A stretch of DNA of 64,000 nt from Oscillospiraceae bacterium (GCA_017411265.1 JAFRDL010000050.1:306-64305), one strand, 5' to 3'. Positions 8,781 through 19,885 are shown, counted from the first letter of the stretch. Notes: generated by a model from the sequence alone, not told the origin. Program-made: numbers and translations.

Positions 8781-11700
8781 ATGTATTTAAAGGCACTGGA
8801 GGTCCAGGGCTTCAAGTCGTTTCCGGAAAAGACGCGGCTGAGCTTTGAAAAAGAGATCACTGTGATCGTCGGGCCCAACGGCAGCGGAAAATCCAACATT
8901 TCCGACGCCATTTTGTGGGTCATGGGCGAGCAGAAGACCCGTATGCTTCGGGGCGGGAAGATGGAGGACGTCATCTTCGGCGGCACGGAGAAGCGGGGCG
9001 CCATGGGCTTCGCCCAGGTGACGTTGTTCCTGGACAATACGACCCGTGTGCTGCAGCTGGACACGGATGAGGTGAGCATCTCCCGCCGGTATTATCGCAG
9101 CGGAGAGAGCGAGTACTATATCAACCGGGAAGAGGTGCGGCTCCGGGATGTGACGGAGCTCCTCATGGACACGGGCCTGGGCACGGACGGATATTCCATC
9201 ATCGGCCAGGGCCGCATCAGCGAGATCGTCTCCGCCAAGTCCACGGACCGGCGGGAGATCTTCGAGGAGGCGGCGGGCATCTCCCGTTTCCGCCATCGGA
9301 AGGACGAGTCCGAGCGGAAGCTGGCCCGGACGGAAGAGAACCTTCTCCGTATCGGAGACAAGATCTCCGAGCTGGAGCTGCAGGTAGGCCCGCTGAAGGA
9401 ACAGTCCGAAACAGCGAAGAAGTATCTTCTCCTTCGGGACGAACTCCGTCTCCAGGAGGTATCCCTCTGGATGGCCAGTCTGGACCGGCTGCAGGAGCAG
9501 TCGGAGACGCTCCGCGCCGATTATGACCGGAGCGTGGTAGACTGTACGGCGGCCCGGTCCGAGCAGGACCGGCTGTACGCCGAGAGCGAGCGCCTTGCCG
9601 AGAAGATGCGGGAGACCGACGTCTGCGCGGAGGAGATGCGCCAGCAGCTCCGCGACACGGAAGCGACCGCCGCGGAGGCGGAGAGCGAGGCTGCCGTGCT
9701 CCGTACCAATCTGGACAACAACGCCGACGCGCTGCTCCGGCTCCGGCGGGAGATCGGGGAGCAGACGGACCGGGCCAACAGCCTGCAGCGACAGGTGGAG
9801 GAGCACCGGCGGCGGATCGACGACATCGACCGGGAGCGCGCCGCCCTGACCGAGCAGGAGATCGAGATCCGACGCCGGGAAGTGGAAAACGCCTCCGGTA
9901 TGGACGAGCAGAACCGGCGGCTCTCCGGGATGATGGCCCGGGAGAGCGAGCTCAACAGCGCGCTGGCGGAAAACCGCACGGCCATCCAGCTGCTGGCGGA
10001 GAACCTGCAGGATCTGGAAGAGCGTGTGGCCCGCCGGGAGGAAGAAAAACGTCTGGCGGAGGAGAAAAGCGCGGAGGCTTCTCAAAAGCTGGAGGAAGCG
10101 AACAAACAGCTTGCCGAGGCCCGGGAAAAGGAACAGTCCCTGGCCAACATCATCGCCGGGCATACCATGCTCATGGGCTCCCGGGAGAGCAAGGCTGCAG
10201 AGCTGGCTGAAAAGCAGACCCGGCTCACCGTGGACCTGCGCTCCTGCGAGGGAAGGATCCGCATGCTCTCGGACCTGGAGCGGGAGATGGAGGGCCTTGC
10301 CAATGCCTCCCGTCTGGTGACCCGGGAGGCGGAGCGGGGCGCCTTGCGGGGCGTGCACGCGCCCATCGCCAGGCTCATCCACGCGGAGGACCGGTACGCC
10401 CTGGCGGTGGAGACCGCGCTGGGCAGTCATATGGGCGACATCGTGGTGGATACCCAGGACGACGGCAAAGCGGTCATCCGCTTTTTGAAAAACCGGAACG
10501 GCGGCCGCGTGACCATCCAACCCATCGACGTGGTCGAGCCCGCCCGGCTCCGGGAGGAGCCTGCGGGGGAGGAGGGCTATGTGGGGATCTGCTCCGATCT
10601 GGTGCAGACCGACAGCCGCTATTCCGATATCATCGCCAATCTGGTGGGACGGGTGGCTGTGGCGGAGACGCTGGGCGACGCCATCCGCATCGCCCGCCAG
10701 CACGGCAACCGATTCCGCATCGTCACCCTGGACGGCCAGGTCGTAAATGCCGGCGGCTCTCTCACCGGCGGCAGCGCCGCCAAAACACCGGTATCCTCTC
10801 CCGGGCCAACGAGCTGGAGCGCCTGAAAAAGGAGCAGTCCCGCCTGGAGGAGGAGCTTCGCCGGACGACGGAGGATCGCCGGGAGGCCGAACGTGTGCTG
10901 GAGAGCGCCCGATACGATCTGGAGACGGCCCGGGAGGAGGACGCCGCGGCCCGGCAGGAGTGTGCCCGGCTGGAGGGCTTCGCGGCTCAGGCGCAGCTTC
11001 TGCGCGCCACCGCAGAGGACGCCCTGGACGCCCTGGACGAGGAGGAGCGTACCTCCGAGAAACAGAAGAAAGAGATCCGGGAACGCACCGAGGCCCTGGA
11101 GAGCGCCTCCCGGAAAGCGGAGGCGGAGAGGGACGAGCTTCGCGCCGCCATGGAAAAGGAATCCGCCGGGGCGGAGGATTTTGCCGCCCGCCGGAAGGAA
11201 CTGGAGGACAGCGTCAGTTCCGTCCGCGCCGGACAGGCCGCGCTGGATGCGGAAAAAAACACCGCCCAGCTGGCCATCCGGCAGCTGGAACAGCTGCGGA
11301 ACGAGCTGCAGAGCGACGAGGCCCAGCGCCGGTCCGCCGCGGATGTGGTCGTGGCCAACAACGCCCGTCTGGAGGAACAGCTGGGCGTATGCCGGGAGCG
11401 GCTGGCCACGCTGAACGGACAGATCGAGACACAGAAGGTCGCCCTCTCCCAGCTGATCGAGCGCAAGATGGAGATGGAGGGAAAACGCAGCGCCGCCGAC
11501 CGGGCCGCCCAGGAGAAAAACCGGCAGCTTCTGGATCTGGAGCGGGCCAGCGCCCGGCTGGAGCAGAAAAAGCTGGCCGCCGATATGGAGGAAAAGCAGC
11601 TGGTGGACAAGCTGTGGGACGGCTACGAGCTCACCCGCACCGAGGCGCAGACCGTCCGCCAGCCGGTGGAGAGCTTTTCAAAAACCACACGCCAGGTGGC

Positions 11701-12340
11701 GGAGCTGCGGCGGAGCATGAACGCCCTCGGCACGCCGAACCTTGGCGCCATCGAGGAATACAAGCGGGTCAGCGAACGGTATGAATTCCTCTCCGCCCAG
11801 CGGGATGACGTGGAAAAGTCCCGCCAGGAGATTTTGAAGATCATCGCCGAGATCACGGTACAGATGGAGGATATCTTCCGCCGGGAGATCGTCCAGATCG
11901 ACGAAGCCTTCCGTCGGATCTTTGCGGAGCTCTTCGGCGGCGGCAAGGCGTCGCTGTCCCTGGAGGACGAGAACGACGTTCTCAACTGCGGCATCGACAT
12001 CCGCATCCAGCCCCCGGGGAAGGCGGTTTCCAACATCAGTCTTCTCTCCGGCGGGGAAAAGGCCTTCGTGGCCATCGCGCTGTATTTTGCCATCATGCGG
12101 GTTCGGCCCACGCCCTTCTGTGTCATGGACGAGATCGAGTCCGCGCTGGATGAGGAGAACGTCATCCGGTTTTCCAAGTATATGCGCCGCATGTCCAACA
12201 AGACCCAGTTCATTGCCATCACTCACCGTCGGGGCACCATGGAGGAAGCCGATCAGCTCTACGGCGTGACCATGCAGGAAAAGGGCGTCAGCTCCGTGCT
12301 GGCCATGGATATGGACGAGGCGCTGAAGACCATTCGATAA
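8781..12340 (+). pseudogene. smc: Chromosome segregation protein SMC, reading frame broken near 10782-10787 (1 nt missing in an A-run; possibly an assembly artefact)
   Basis: The N-terminal ORF 8781..10826 has Walker A GPNGSGKSNISDAI, a coiled coil and a hinge. The C-terminal part is in the -1 frame from about 10784 to 12340, with signature LSGGEKAFVAIAL and Walker B FCVMDEIESALDE. One added A gives ...GGSAAKNTGILSRANELERL... and a product of about 1186 aa. Confidence 0.9.
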
Positions 12341-12350
12341 AGGAGAAACC

Positions 12351-13259
12351 ATGGGCTTTTTTGAGAAGGTAAAGGAGGGTCTCTCCAAGACCCGCAGCAG
12401 CATGAGCGCCGCCTGGAACGCGGCGGTGGCGGATTTTACCGGGGAGAACGAGGAGATCTTCGACGACCTGGAGGAGATGCTGATCCTGTCCGACGCCGGC
12501 GTGGAGACCGCCGAAGAGATCATCGGGAAGCTCCGGGACAAGGTCTGGATGCTGGGCAGCCGGGGAGAGGCTCAGCTCAAGGACGTGCTGGCGGACATTC
12601 TGGCCGAGCAGACGGACGTGGGGGATACGGCCCTTGCGCTGGATACCGTGCCCTCCGTGATCCTGGTGGTGGGTGTCAACGGCGTGGGCAAGACCACCAC
12701 CATCGGCAAGCTGGCCGCCCGGCTCGCGGCGGAGGGAAAGTCCGTGCTCCTGTGCGCGGCGGATACCTTCCGCGCCGCCGCCGCCGAGCAGCTCACCGTG
12801 TGGGCGGAGAGGGCCGGCTGCGACATCGTGCGTCACGAGGAGGGGAGCGACCCGGCCGCCGTGGTCTTCGACAGCATTGCCGCCGCCAGGGCCCGGAATC
12901 GGGATGTGATCATCGTGGATACCGCCGGACGGCTGCACAACAAGCAGAATCTCATGAACGAGCTGGCCAAGATCCGCCGCGTCATCGACCGGGAACTGCC
13001 GGAGAGCAGCGTGGAGTGCCTGATGGTGCTGGACGCCACCACCGGGCAGAACGGCCTGACGCAGGCCAAGCTCTTCCGGGACACCGCCGGGCTCACCGGC
13101 ATCGTTCTCACGAAGCTGGACGGCACCGCCAAGGGCGGCATCGTCTTCGCGATCGGCCGGGAGCTGGGGCTTCCGGTGAAGTTCATCGGCGTAGGGGAGG
13201 GGCTGGACGATCTCATGCCCTTTGAGGGCCGGGCGTTTGCGGAGGCGCTGCTGTCATGA
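12351..13259 (+). CDS. ftsY: Signal recognition particle receptor FtsY
   Basis: NG domain motifs VVGVNGVGKTTTIGKLA, DTAGR and TKLDGTAKGG. The smc-ftsY adjacency is conserved. Confidence 0.95.
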   Translation: MGFFEKVKEGLSKTRSSMSAAWNAAVADFTGENEEIFDDLEEMLILSDAGVETAEEIIGKLRDKVWMLGSRGEAQLKDVLADILAEQTDVGDTALALDTVPSVILVVGVNGVGKTTTIGKLAARLAAEGKSVLLCAADTFRAAAAEQLTVWAERAGCDIVRHEEGSDPAAVVFDSIAAARARNRDVIIVDTAGRLHNKQNLMNELAKIRRVIDRELPESSVECLMVLDATTGQNGLTQAKLFRDTAGLTGIVLTKLDGTAKGGIVFAIGRELGLPVKFIGVGEGLDDLMPFEGRAFAEALLS

Positions 13260-13852
13260 AACTGGTGCTGGCATCGGACAATGCCCATAAGCTCGCGGAG
13301 TTCAAAGAGCTTTTCCGCACGTTGGATACGGAACTCGTCAGCAAGGCGGAGAGCGGCGCCGCGGGCGAAGTGGAGGAGACGGGCGTTACCTTCGCGGAAA
13401 ACGCCTTTATCAAGGCGGAGGCGGTGATGCGTGCCGCCGGGCTTCCCGCCATCGCGGATGATTCCGGCCTGTGCGTGGACGCGCTGGGGGGCGATCCGGG
13501 GGTGCGCTCCGCCCGGTATACGGGGCGGCACGAGGACTCCGACGCCGACCGTTACCGCCTGCTGCTGAACAACCTGGGCGATCGAAAAGACCGGAGCGCC
13601 CGGTTCGTGTGCTCGCTGTGCTGCGTGTTTCCCAACGGGGACGTGCTCCGCGCGGAGGGAACGTGCGAGGGGACCATCCTCTTTGCGCCGCAGGGAGAGA
13701 ACGGCTTCGGCTACGATCCCGTTTTCCGCCCGGAGGGCTGTGACTGCTCCATGGCGGAGCTGACGATGGAACAGAAGAACGCCATTTCCCACCGGGGAAA
13801 GGCGCTGAAACAATTTAAGGAAGAGTGGGTAAAATATTATGCTGACAAGTAA
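13256..13852 (+). CDS. rdgB: Non-canonical purine NTP pyrophosphatase (RdgB/HAM1 family)
   Basis: Motifs KLVLASDNAHKLAEFKE, DDSGLCVDALGG.PGV.SARY, FGYDPVF and ISHRGKA. Confidence 0.9.
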   Translation: MKLVLASDNAHKLAEFKELFRTLDTELVSKAESGAAGEVEETGVTFAENAFIKAEAVMRAAGLPAIADDSGLCVDALGGDPGVRSARYTGRHEDSDADRYRLLLNNLGDRKDRSARFVCSLCCVFPNGDVLRAEGTCEGTILFAPQGENGFGYDPVFRPEGCDCSMAELTMEQKNAISHRGKALKQFKEEWVKYYADK

Positions 13853-14150
13853 GCAGCGCGCCCAGCTCCGCGGCCTGGCGGCGGCGGAGAGCCCGGTGCT
13901 GCAGATCGGCAAGGGCGGCATCACCGAGAACGTCATCCGCCAGACCGAGGAGGCCCTGGCGGCCCGGGAGCTCATCAAGGGCCATGTGCTGGAAAACTCC
14001 CTGCTCACCGCCCGGGAGGCCTGCGACGCCCTGGCGGAGGCCTGCGGCGCGGAGGGCGTCCAGGTGATCGGCAGCAAATTCGTGCTGTACAAAGCAAACA
14101 AAAAGGACCCGAAGATCGTCCTTGTTAAGGAACGGTCCGGACGGAAATAA
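13839..14150 (+). CDS. yhbY: YhbY-type (CRM domain) ribosome-assembly RNA-binding protein
   Basis: 103 aa. LTSKQRAQLRGLA...PVLQIGKGGITENVI. It precedes nadD, as in the Bacillus yqeI-nadD-yqeK-rsfS cluster. Confidence 0.85.
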   Translation: MLTSKQRAQLRGLAAAESPVLQIGKGGITENVIRQTEEALAARELIKGHVLENSLLTAREACDALAEACGAEGVQVIGSKFVLYKANKKDPKIVLVKERSGRK

Positions 14151-14153
14151 GAG

Positions 14154-15326
14154 ATGCGCCTTCTGATTTACGGCGGGAGCTTCAACCCGCCGCACCGGGG
14201 ACATGTGGATGCGCTGCGCACCGCGGCGGAGCACATCCGCCCCGACCGGATCCTGGTGATCCCGGCGGGGATCCCGCCGCACAAGATCCTGGCCGAGGGC
14301 AGCCCCGCGGCCGAGGATCGGCTGCGTCTGTGCCGGCTGGCCTTCTCGGAGATCCCCGGCGCGGAGGTCTCCGATCTGGAGCTCCGGCGGGAGGGGAAAA
14401 GCTATACGGTGGATACCCTCCGGGAGCTTCGGCGGACCATGCCGGAGGCGGATCTGTTCTTCCTGGTGGGTACGGATATGCTGCTGTATATGGAGCAGTG
14501 GCACCAGTTCCGGGAGATCTTTGATCTGTGCACCCTGGCGGCCCTGCCCCGCAACGAGGGAGAGCTGGACGTGCTTCGGGATGCGGTGGATCATCTTCTC
14601 CGGACCTACGGGGAGGAGGTCCTGCTTATCCCCAAGGCGCCTCTGCCCATGGACTCTACCACCCTTCGGGCGGATCTGCCCTGTCGGAGAGGGCGGGAGA
14701 GGCTTCCGGAGTCCGTGTACGCCGAGATCGTCCGTCTGCGGCTTTACGGCGCCCAGCCGGATCTGGACTGGCTGCGGGAACGGACGGTGCCCTATCTGAA
14801 GCCCACCCGGGTCCCCCATGTCCGGGGCTGCGAGCAGGAGGCGGCGCGGCTTGCCGCTCTCTGGGGGGAGCGGGAGGATCTGGCTGCCGAGGCGGGGATC
14901 CTCCACGACATCACGAAAAAGCTCTCCGGTGAAGAACAGTTGCGGATGTGCGAAAAGTATGGTATTATGACCGATACCTTTGAAAGGGAAATGCCCTCTC
15001 TGCTTCACGCCCGCACCGGTGCGTGCCTGGCGCGGGAGCTGTTCGGGATCGGGGAGGAGGTATTTGACGCCATCGCCTGGCACAACACCGGCCGCCCGGG
15101 TATGTCGAAGCTGGAGAAGATCCTTTGGCTTGCCGATTTTACCGAGCCTACCCGCGCTTTCCCCGGGGTGGACCGGATCCGGGAGCTTGTTTCCCGGAAC
15201 CTGGATCTGGCGCTGACGGAGGCGCTGGAGATGACGCTGGAGCATGTGCGCCGATCCGGCGGCACGCTTCATCCCCGCACGGAGCAGACCCTATTCTGGC
15301 TGAGATCTGAGGATAAAGAAACATGA
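14154..15326 (+). CDS. nadD: Fusion protein: nicotinate-nucleotide adenylyltransferase NadD (N-terminal) plus YqeK-type HD phosphohydrolase (C-terminal)
   Basis: 390 aa in one open frame. The N-terminal half has GGSFNPPHRGH (HxGH) and SYTVDTLREL. The C-terminal half has RVPHVRGCEQEAARLA...ILHDITK...WHNTG, typical of YqeK HD-domain proteins. Confidence 0.85.
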   Translation: MRLLIYGGSFNPPHRGHVDALRTAAEHIRPDRILVIPAGIPPHKILAEGSPAAEDRLRLCRLAFSEIPGAEVSDLELRREGKSYTVDTLRELRRTMPEADLFFLVGTDMLLYMEQWHQFREIFDLCTLAALPRNEGELDVLRDAVDHLLRTYGEEVLLIPKAPLPMDSTTLRADLPCRRGRERLPESVYAEIVRLRLYGAQPDLDWLRERTVPYLKPTRVPHVRGCEQEAARLAALWGEREDLAAEAGILHDITKKLSGEEQLRMCEKYGIMTDTFEREMPSLLHARTGACLARELFGIGEEVFDAIAWHNTGRPGMSKLEKILWLADFTEPTRAFPGVDRIRELVSRNLDLALTEALEMTLEHVRRSGGTLHPRTEQTLFWLRSEDKET

Positions 15327-16513
15327 GTTTATTTGGCAAAAGCGGTCAGCACGAGGACGGCAGACGTCCGACTGCGAGACGAAGCGGGACAAACAGCAGC
15401 GGGAAAAAGAATCGCGCCATGAAAGTGGCGGGGATCGTCCTGTGCTGTGTCGCGCTTCTGGTCCTGCTGGGGATCATCGCTTTCAATCTCTGGTCCAAAG
15501 CCCCGGAGGTCAGCCAGGAGGGACCGAAGATCCAGACGGTTTCCACGCCGGAACCCGTCGCCGCCACGGCGGCGCCTCCGGAAGCCTCTGCCGAGCCGGT
15601 GGCCCCGACCGACGAGCCGGAGGCCACGCCGGTGGCCGCGGTGCGCGATCCGGATACGTATACGGTCCTGGTGGTAGGCCGCGACCGGGTGGGCATGAAC
15701 ACCGACACCATCATGGTGGCACGCATGGATTGCCGGGAGAAGACCGTCGACGTGGTGAGCATCCCCCGGGACACGCTGGTGAACGTTCCCTGGAGCGTGA
15801 AAAAAGTCAATTCTGTTTACGGCAATCAGGGGCTGGAGGGACTGGTGGACTGCGTGGAGGACCTGGTGGGCATTCCCATCGACAGCTATGTGGTGGTGAA
15901 TACGCTGGTCTTTCAGCAGATCATCGACAGCATCGGCGGCGTGTACTTTGACGTGCCCATCTATATGATCTATGACGACCCGGATCAGAACCTGCACATC
16001 TGGCTGACCCCCGGATATCAGCTGCTCAACGGCTACCAGGCCGAGCAGGTGGTGCGCTTCCGTCAGAACAACGACGGCAGCGGCTACCCGGACGGGGATC
16101 TGGGCCGGATCGAGACGCAGCACGCGTTTTTCACCGCTCTGGCCCGGCAGGTGCTGTCCCTGGGGAACATTGCCAATCTTCCCTCGCTCATCGAGATGGT
16201 GGTGAACAATACGGACACCAATCTCACCAGCGGGAACATCGCCTTTTATGTTCAGGAATTCCTGAAGATGGACGGCGACGACGTCCGGTTTTACACCGCG
16301 CCCTACGACACGGTGTATATCCGGGGGGGCTCCTATGTCAGTCTCCAGGTGGACCCCTGGCTGGATATGATCAATTCCTGCCTCAATCCCTTCAACGTGG
16401 ATGTGACGGCGAACAATCTGGACGTGCTCACCTGCAGCGAAGCCGGCTTTGCCTCCACCACGGGGGAGGTCCCCGGGCTGTATGAGTTTTACGACTATTC
16501 CTCCGTTGGATAA
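15323..16513 (+). CDS. LytR-CpsA-Psr (LCP) family cell-wall polymer ligase
   Basis: N-terminal basic tail plus a TM segment (VAGIVLCCVALLVLLGIIAF), a Pro/Ala/Glu linker, then LCP core motifs VLVVGRDRVGMNTDTIMVARMD and VSIPRDT. Confidence 0.85.
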   Translation: MSLFGKSGQHEDGRRPTARRSGTNSSGKKNRAMKVAGIVLCCVALLVLLGIIAFNLWSKAPEVSQEGPKIQTVSTPEPVAATAAPPEASAEPVAPTDEPEATPVAAVRDPDTYTVLVVGRDRVGMNTDTIMVARMDCREKTVDVVSIPRDTLVNVPWSVKKVNSVYGNQGLEGLVDCVEDLVGIPIDSYVVVNTLVFQQIIDSIGGVYFDVPIYMIYDDPDQNLHIWLTPGYQLLNGYQAEQVVRFRQNNDGSGYPDGDLGRIETQHAFFTALARQVLSLGNIANLPSLIEMVVNNTDTNLTSGNIAFYVQEFLKMDGDDVRFYTAPYDTVYIRGGSYVSLQVDPWLDMINSCLNPFNVDVTANNLDVLTCSEAGFASTTGEVPGLYEFYDYSSVG

Positions 16514-16554
16514 AGAGAAAAAGGATTCCGGAAAAACAGAAAGGATGGAACCAT

Positions 16555-16911
16555 ATGCTGTCTTCCTATGAGATCGCCCATCTGGCCGTGAAGGCCCTGG
16601 ATGACAAGAAAGCCAAGGACATCCAGATCCTGAAGACCGATAAGGTGACCGTACTGGCGGATTACTTCATTCTCTGCACCGCCAGCAGCACCACCCACGG
16701 CAAGACCCTGGCGGATGAGACGGACAAGATCCTGTCTCAGGCGGGGGAGCAGCCGCTGCGCCGGGAGGGATACCGCTCCGGCGGATGGACGCTGTTGGAC
16801 TTCGGATGCGTGATCGTACACATCTTTTCCGAGGAGATGCGCCAGTTCTACGCTCTGGACCGCCTGTGGTCCGACGCGGAGAAGGTGGACGTCGAGGATA
16901 TGCTGGATTAA
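16555..16911 (+). CDS. rsfS: Ribosome silencing factor RsfS
   Basis: 118 aa. ADYFILCTASSTTH and WTLLDFGCVIVHIF...FYALDRLW. Confidence 0.9.
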   Translation: MLSSYEIAHLAVKALDDKKAKDIQILKTDKVTVLADYFILCTASSTTHGKTLADETDKILSQAGEQPLRREGYRSGGWTLLDFGCVIVHIFSEEMRQFYALDRLWSDAEKVDVEDMLD

Positions 16912-16944
16912 AAAAACCTGGTCATAAGGGAGAGAGACCGTATC

Positions 16945-19440
16945 ATGGAATACAATTTCACAGCCATCGAAAAGAAATGGCAGGACTACTGGCTGGAGCA
17001 TAAGACCTACACCGCCGTCACCGGTTCGGACAAGCCCAAGTTCTACGGGCTGATCGAGTTCCCGTATCCCTCCGCCGCCGGCCTGCACGTGGGCCATCCC
17101 CGGCCCTTCACGGCCATGGACGTGGTCACCCGGAAAAAGCGGATGGAAGGGTACAACGTGCTGTTTCCCATCGGGTTTGACGCCTTTGGTCTGCCCACGG
17201 AGAACTTCGCCATCAAGAATCATATCCATCCGGCCATCGTGACGAAGAACAACATCGCCAACTTCACCCGCCAGCTCCGGATGCTGGGCTACGGCTTTGA
17301 CTGGGACCGCTGCGTGGACACCACGGATCCCCAGTATTATAAGTGGACCCAGTGGATCTTCCTGCAGATGTTCAAAAAGGGCCTGGCCTACAAGGCTACC
17401 ATGCCCGTGAACTGGTGCACCGGCTGCAAGTGCGTGCTGGCCAACGAGGAAGTGGTGGACGGCGTCTGCGAGCGCTGCGGCAGCGAGGTGGTCCGCCGGG
17501 AGAAGAGCCAGTGGATGCTGGCCATCACCAAATACGCCGACCGCCTGGTGGATGATCTGGACGACGTGGACTTCATCCAGCGGGTGAAGCTCCAGCAGCG
17601 CAACTGGATCGGCCGCTCCACCGGCGCCGAGGTGGATTTTATGACTACCCTTGGGGACACGCTGACCGTGTTCACCACCCGCTGCGACACCCTTTTCGGC
17701 GCCACCTACATGGTCATCTCCCCGGAGCACGCTGTGCTGGAAAAGTGGGCGGACAAGCTCACGAATCTGGCCGAAGTGCGGGAGTATCAGGCCGCCGCAG
17801 CCCGGAAGTCCGATTTCGAGCGCACCGAGATGGCCAAGGACAAGACCGGCGTGAAGCTGGAGGGCGTCATGGCCGTCAATCCGGTAAACGGTCGGGAGAT
17901 CCCCATTTTCATCTCCGATTACGTACTGGCCACCTACGGCACCGGCGCCATCATGGCCGTGCCCGGCCATGACGACCGGGACTGGGAGTTCGCCAAAAAG
18001 TTCGGCTGCGAGATCATCGAGGTGGTGGCCGGCGGCGACGTGACCAAGGAGGCCTATACCGTCAAGGACGAGAGCGGCATCATGGTCAACTCCGGCTTCC
18101 TCAACGGCATGACCGTGAAGGACGCCATCCCCGCCATGACCCGCTGGCTGGAGGAGAAGGGCCTGGGCCCTGAGAAGATCAATTTCAAGCTCCGCGACTG
18201 GGTGTTCTCCCGCCAGCGTTACTGGGGCGAGCCCATCCCGGTGGTGAACTGCCCCAAGTGCGGGTGGGTGCCGCTGCCGGAGGATCAGCTCCCACTGCTC
18301 CTGCCGGAGGTGGAGAGCTACGAGCTCACCGATACCGGCGAGAGCCCCCTCTCGGCCATGACCGACTGGGTGAATACCACCTGCCCCTGCTGCGGCGGAC
18401 CCGCCCAGCGGGAGACGGATACCATGCCCCAGTGGGCCGGGTCCAGCTGGTATTTCCTGCGCTATATGGATCCCGACAACGATTCCGCGCTGGTCTCTCC
18501 GGAGGCGGAGAAGTACTGGGGGCCTGTGGACTGGTACAACGGCGGCATGGAGCACACCACGCTTCATCTCCTGTACAGCCGCTTCTGGCACAAGTTCCTC
18601 TACGATATCGGCGTCGTCCATACCAAGGAGCCCTATGCCAAGCGCACCAGCCACGGCATGATCCTGGGCCAGAACCCCCACTACGTGGGCAATGTGGAAA
18701 CCGAGGAAGAGAAGCAGGCGCTCATCGACAAATACGGCAGCGACGCGCTGCGCCAGTCCGTGAAGATGTCCAAGTCCCTGGGCAACGTGGTCAACCCCGA
18801 CGATATCGTGAACCAGTACGGCGCGGACACCCTGCGGGTATACATCATGTTCATCGGTGATTTCACCCAGGCTGCTACCTGGTCGGACAGCGCCGTGGCC
18901 GGCTGCAAAAAATTCCTGGACCGGATCTGGAATCTGGCTTCCGAACGGCGGGAAGGCGACGCCGTTTCCTCCGCCCACGAAAAAGAGATCCACAAGACCA
19001 TCCAGAAGGTGGGTCAGGATATCGAGGAGCTGAAATTCAACACGGCCATCGCCCAGATGATGACCCTGGTGAACAATTTCTATAAAACCGCGCCCAGCCG
19101 GGGCGACATCCGCATCCTGCTCCAGCTCCTGTCTCCCTTTGCGCCCCATATCGCGGAGGAACTGTGGGAGATCCAGGGCTTTGAGGGCCTCTGCTGCCAG
19201 TCTGCGTGGCCTACGTTTGACGAAAAGAAAATGGTCGACACCGAAAAGACCATCGCCGTGCAGGTGAACGGAAAGCTCCGCAGCACCGTCACCGTCCCCG
19301 CCGACAGCGACGCCGAGACCGTCAAGAGCGCCGCTCTGGCGGATCGGAAGATCGCCGGGTATGTGGAGGGCATGGAGATCGTCAAGACCATCGTGGTGCC
19401 CAACAAGCTGATCAATCTGATCCTCAAGCCCAAAAAATAA
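16945..19440 (+). CDS. leuS: Leucine--tRNA ligase
   Basis: 831 aa. HIGH-type motif LHVGHPR, KMSKS motif VKMSKSLGN, and editing-domain insertion. Confidence 0.97.
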   Translation: MEYNFTAIEKKWQDYWLEHKTYTAVTGSDKPKFYGLIEFPYPSAAGLHVGHPRPFTAMDVVTRKKRMEGYNVLFPIGFDAFGLPTENFAIKNHIHPAIVTKNNIANFTRQLRMLGYGFDWDRCVDTTDPQYYKWTQWIFLQMFKKGLAYKATMPVNWCTGCKCVLANEEVVDGVCERCGSEVVRREKSQWMLAITKYADRLVDDLDDVDFIQRVKLQQRNWIGRSTGAEVDFMTTLGDTLTVFTTRCDTLFGATYMVISPEHAVLEKWADKLTNLAEVREYQAAAARKSDFERTEMAKDKTGVKLEGVMAVNPVNGREIPIFISDYVLATYGTGAIMAVPGHDDRDWEFAKKFGCEIIEVVAGGDVTKEAYTVKDESGIMVNSGFLNGMTVKDAIPAMTRWLEEKGLGPEKINFKLRDWVFSRQRYWGEPIPVVNCPKCGWVPLPEDQLPLLLPEVESYELTDTGESPLSAMTDWVNTTCPCCGGPAQRETDTMPQWAGSSWYFLRYMDPDNDSALVSPEAEKYWGPVDWYNGGMEHTTLHLLYSRFWHKFLYDIGVVHTKEPYAKRTSHGMILGQNPHYVGNVETEEEKQALIDKYGSDALRQSVKMSKSLGNVVNPDDIVNQYGADTLRVYIMFIGDFTQAATWSDSAVAGCKKFLDRIWNLASERREGDAVSSAHEKEIHKTIQKVGQDIEELKFNTAIAQMMTLVNNFYKTAPSRGDIRILLQLLSPFAPHIAEELWEIQGFEGLCCQSAWPTFDEKKMVDTEKTIAVQVNGKLRSTVTVPADSDAETVKSAALADRKIAGYVEGMEIVKTIVVPNKLINLILKPKK

Positions 19441-19451
19441 ATTGAAACGGG

Positions 19452-19481
19452 AAAAGGCCGGCGGTTCCGCCGGCCTTTTCT
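19452..19481 (+). terminator. Rho-independent terminator after leuS
   Basis: GGCCGGCGG-TT-CCGCCGGCC stem followed by TTTTCT. Confidence 0.8.
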
Positions 19482-19573
19482 GCGTCCATTTTTTCCCGAA
19501 AAGGGGAGAAGACATATTTTTCGCCTCCCATGACATACTAACGCCGGAAATCATTGAATGGGAGGTAACATCC

Positions 19574-19885
19574 ATGAAAAAAGCAGTATATACGCTGACG
19601 GTGTTCATCCTGGCGGTCTCTCTGGCCGGCTGTGCCGGCACGGGCCTCCTCCGGGACGATCTCATGGACGGGGATCGCCCCGCCGCGACCGGTATGCCGG
19701 CTGTGTCCGCCTCTCCGGCGGTGGCGACCCCGGACGTGGGTGACGGTATCGTGCGCGATGAGGACGGGATTATCACCGACGACGACACCGGCGCCGCGGC
19801 AACGCCCCGTCCCGACACGGGAAAAAAAGGGGAGGGGATGGGAAAGACCGCCTCTCCGTCCCCCAGCGCCAGCCCTGCGAACTGA
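19574..19885 (+). CDS. Small lipoprotein, low-complexity Asp/Pro/Ala/Thr-rich
   Basis: ATG 19574 preceded by GGGAGG. Signal peptide with lipobox MKKAVYTLTVFILAVSLAG-C. The part of track ORF 19442.. upstream of this ATG runs through the leuS terminator. Confidence 0.6.
   Translation: MKKAVYTLTVFILAVSLAGCAGTGLLRDDLMDGDRPAATGMPAVSASPAVATPDVGDGIVRDEDGIITDDDTGAAATPRPDTGKKGEGMGKTASPSPSASPAN

Noticed and set aside
10747-11784. A 345-aa Arg/Gly/Pro-rich + strand ORF starting near the smc frame break.
   Set aside because: It is the third, non-coding frame of smc. The composition is pure low complexity, whereas the neighbouring frame gives canonical SMC coiled-coil and ATPase-tail sequence.
16912-16944. 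A T-box leader upstream of leuS.
   Set aside because: Only about 33 nt separate rsfS from leuS, which is too short for a T-box. leuS appears co-transcribed with the upstream cluster.
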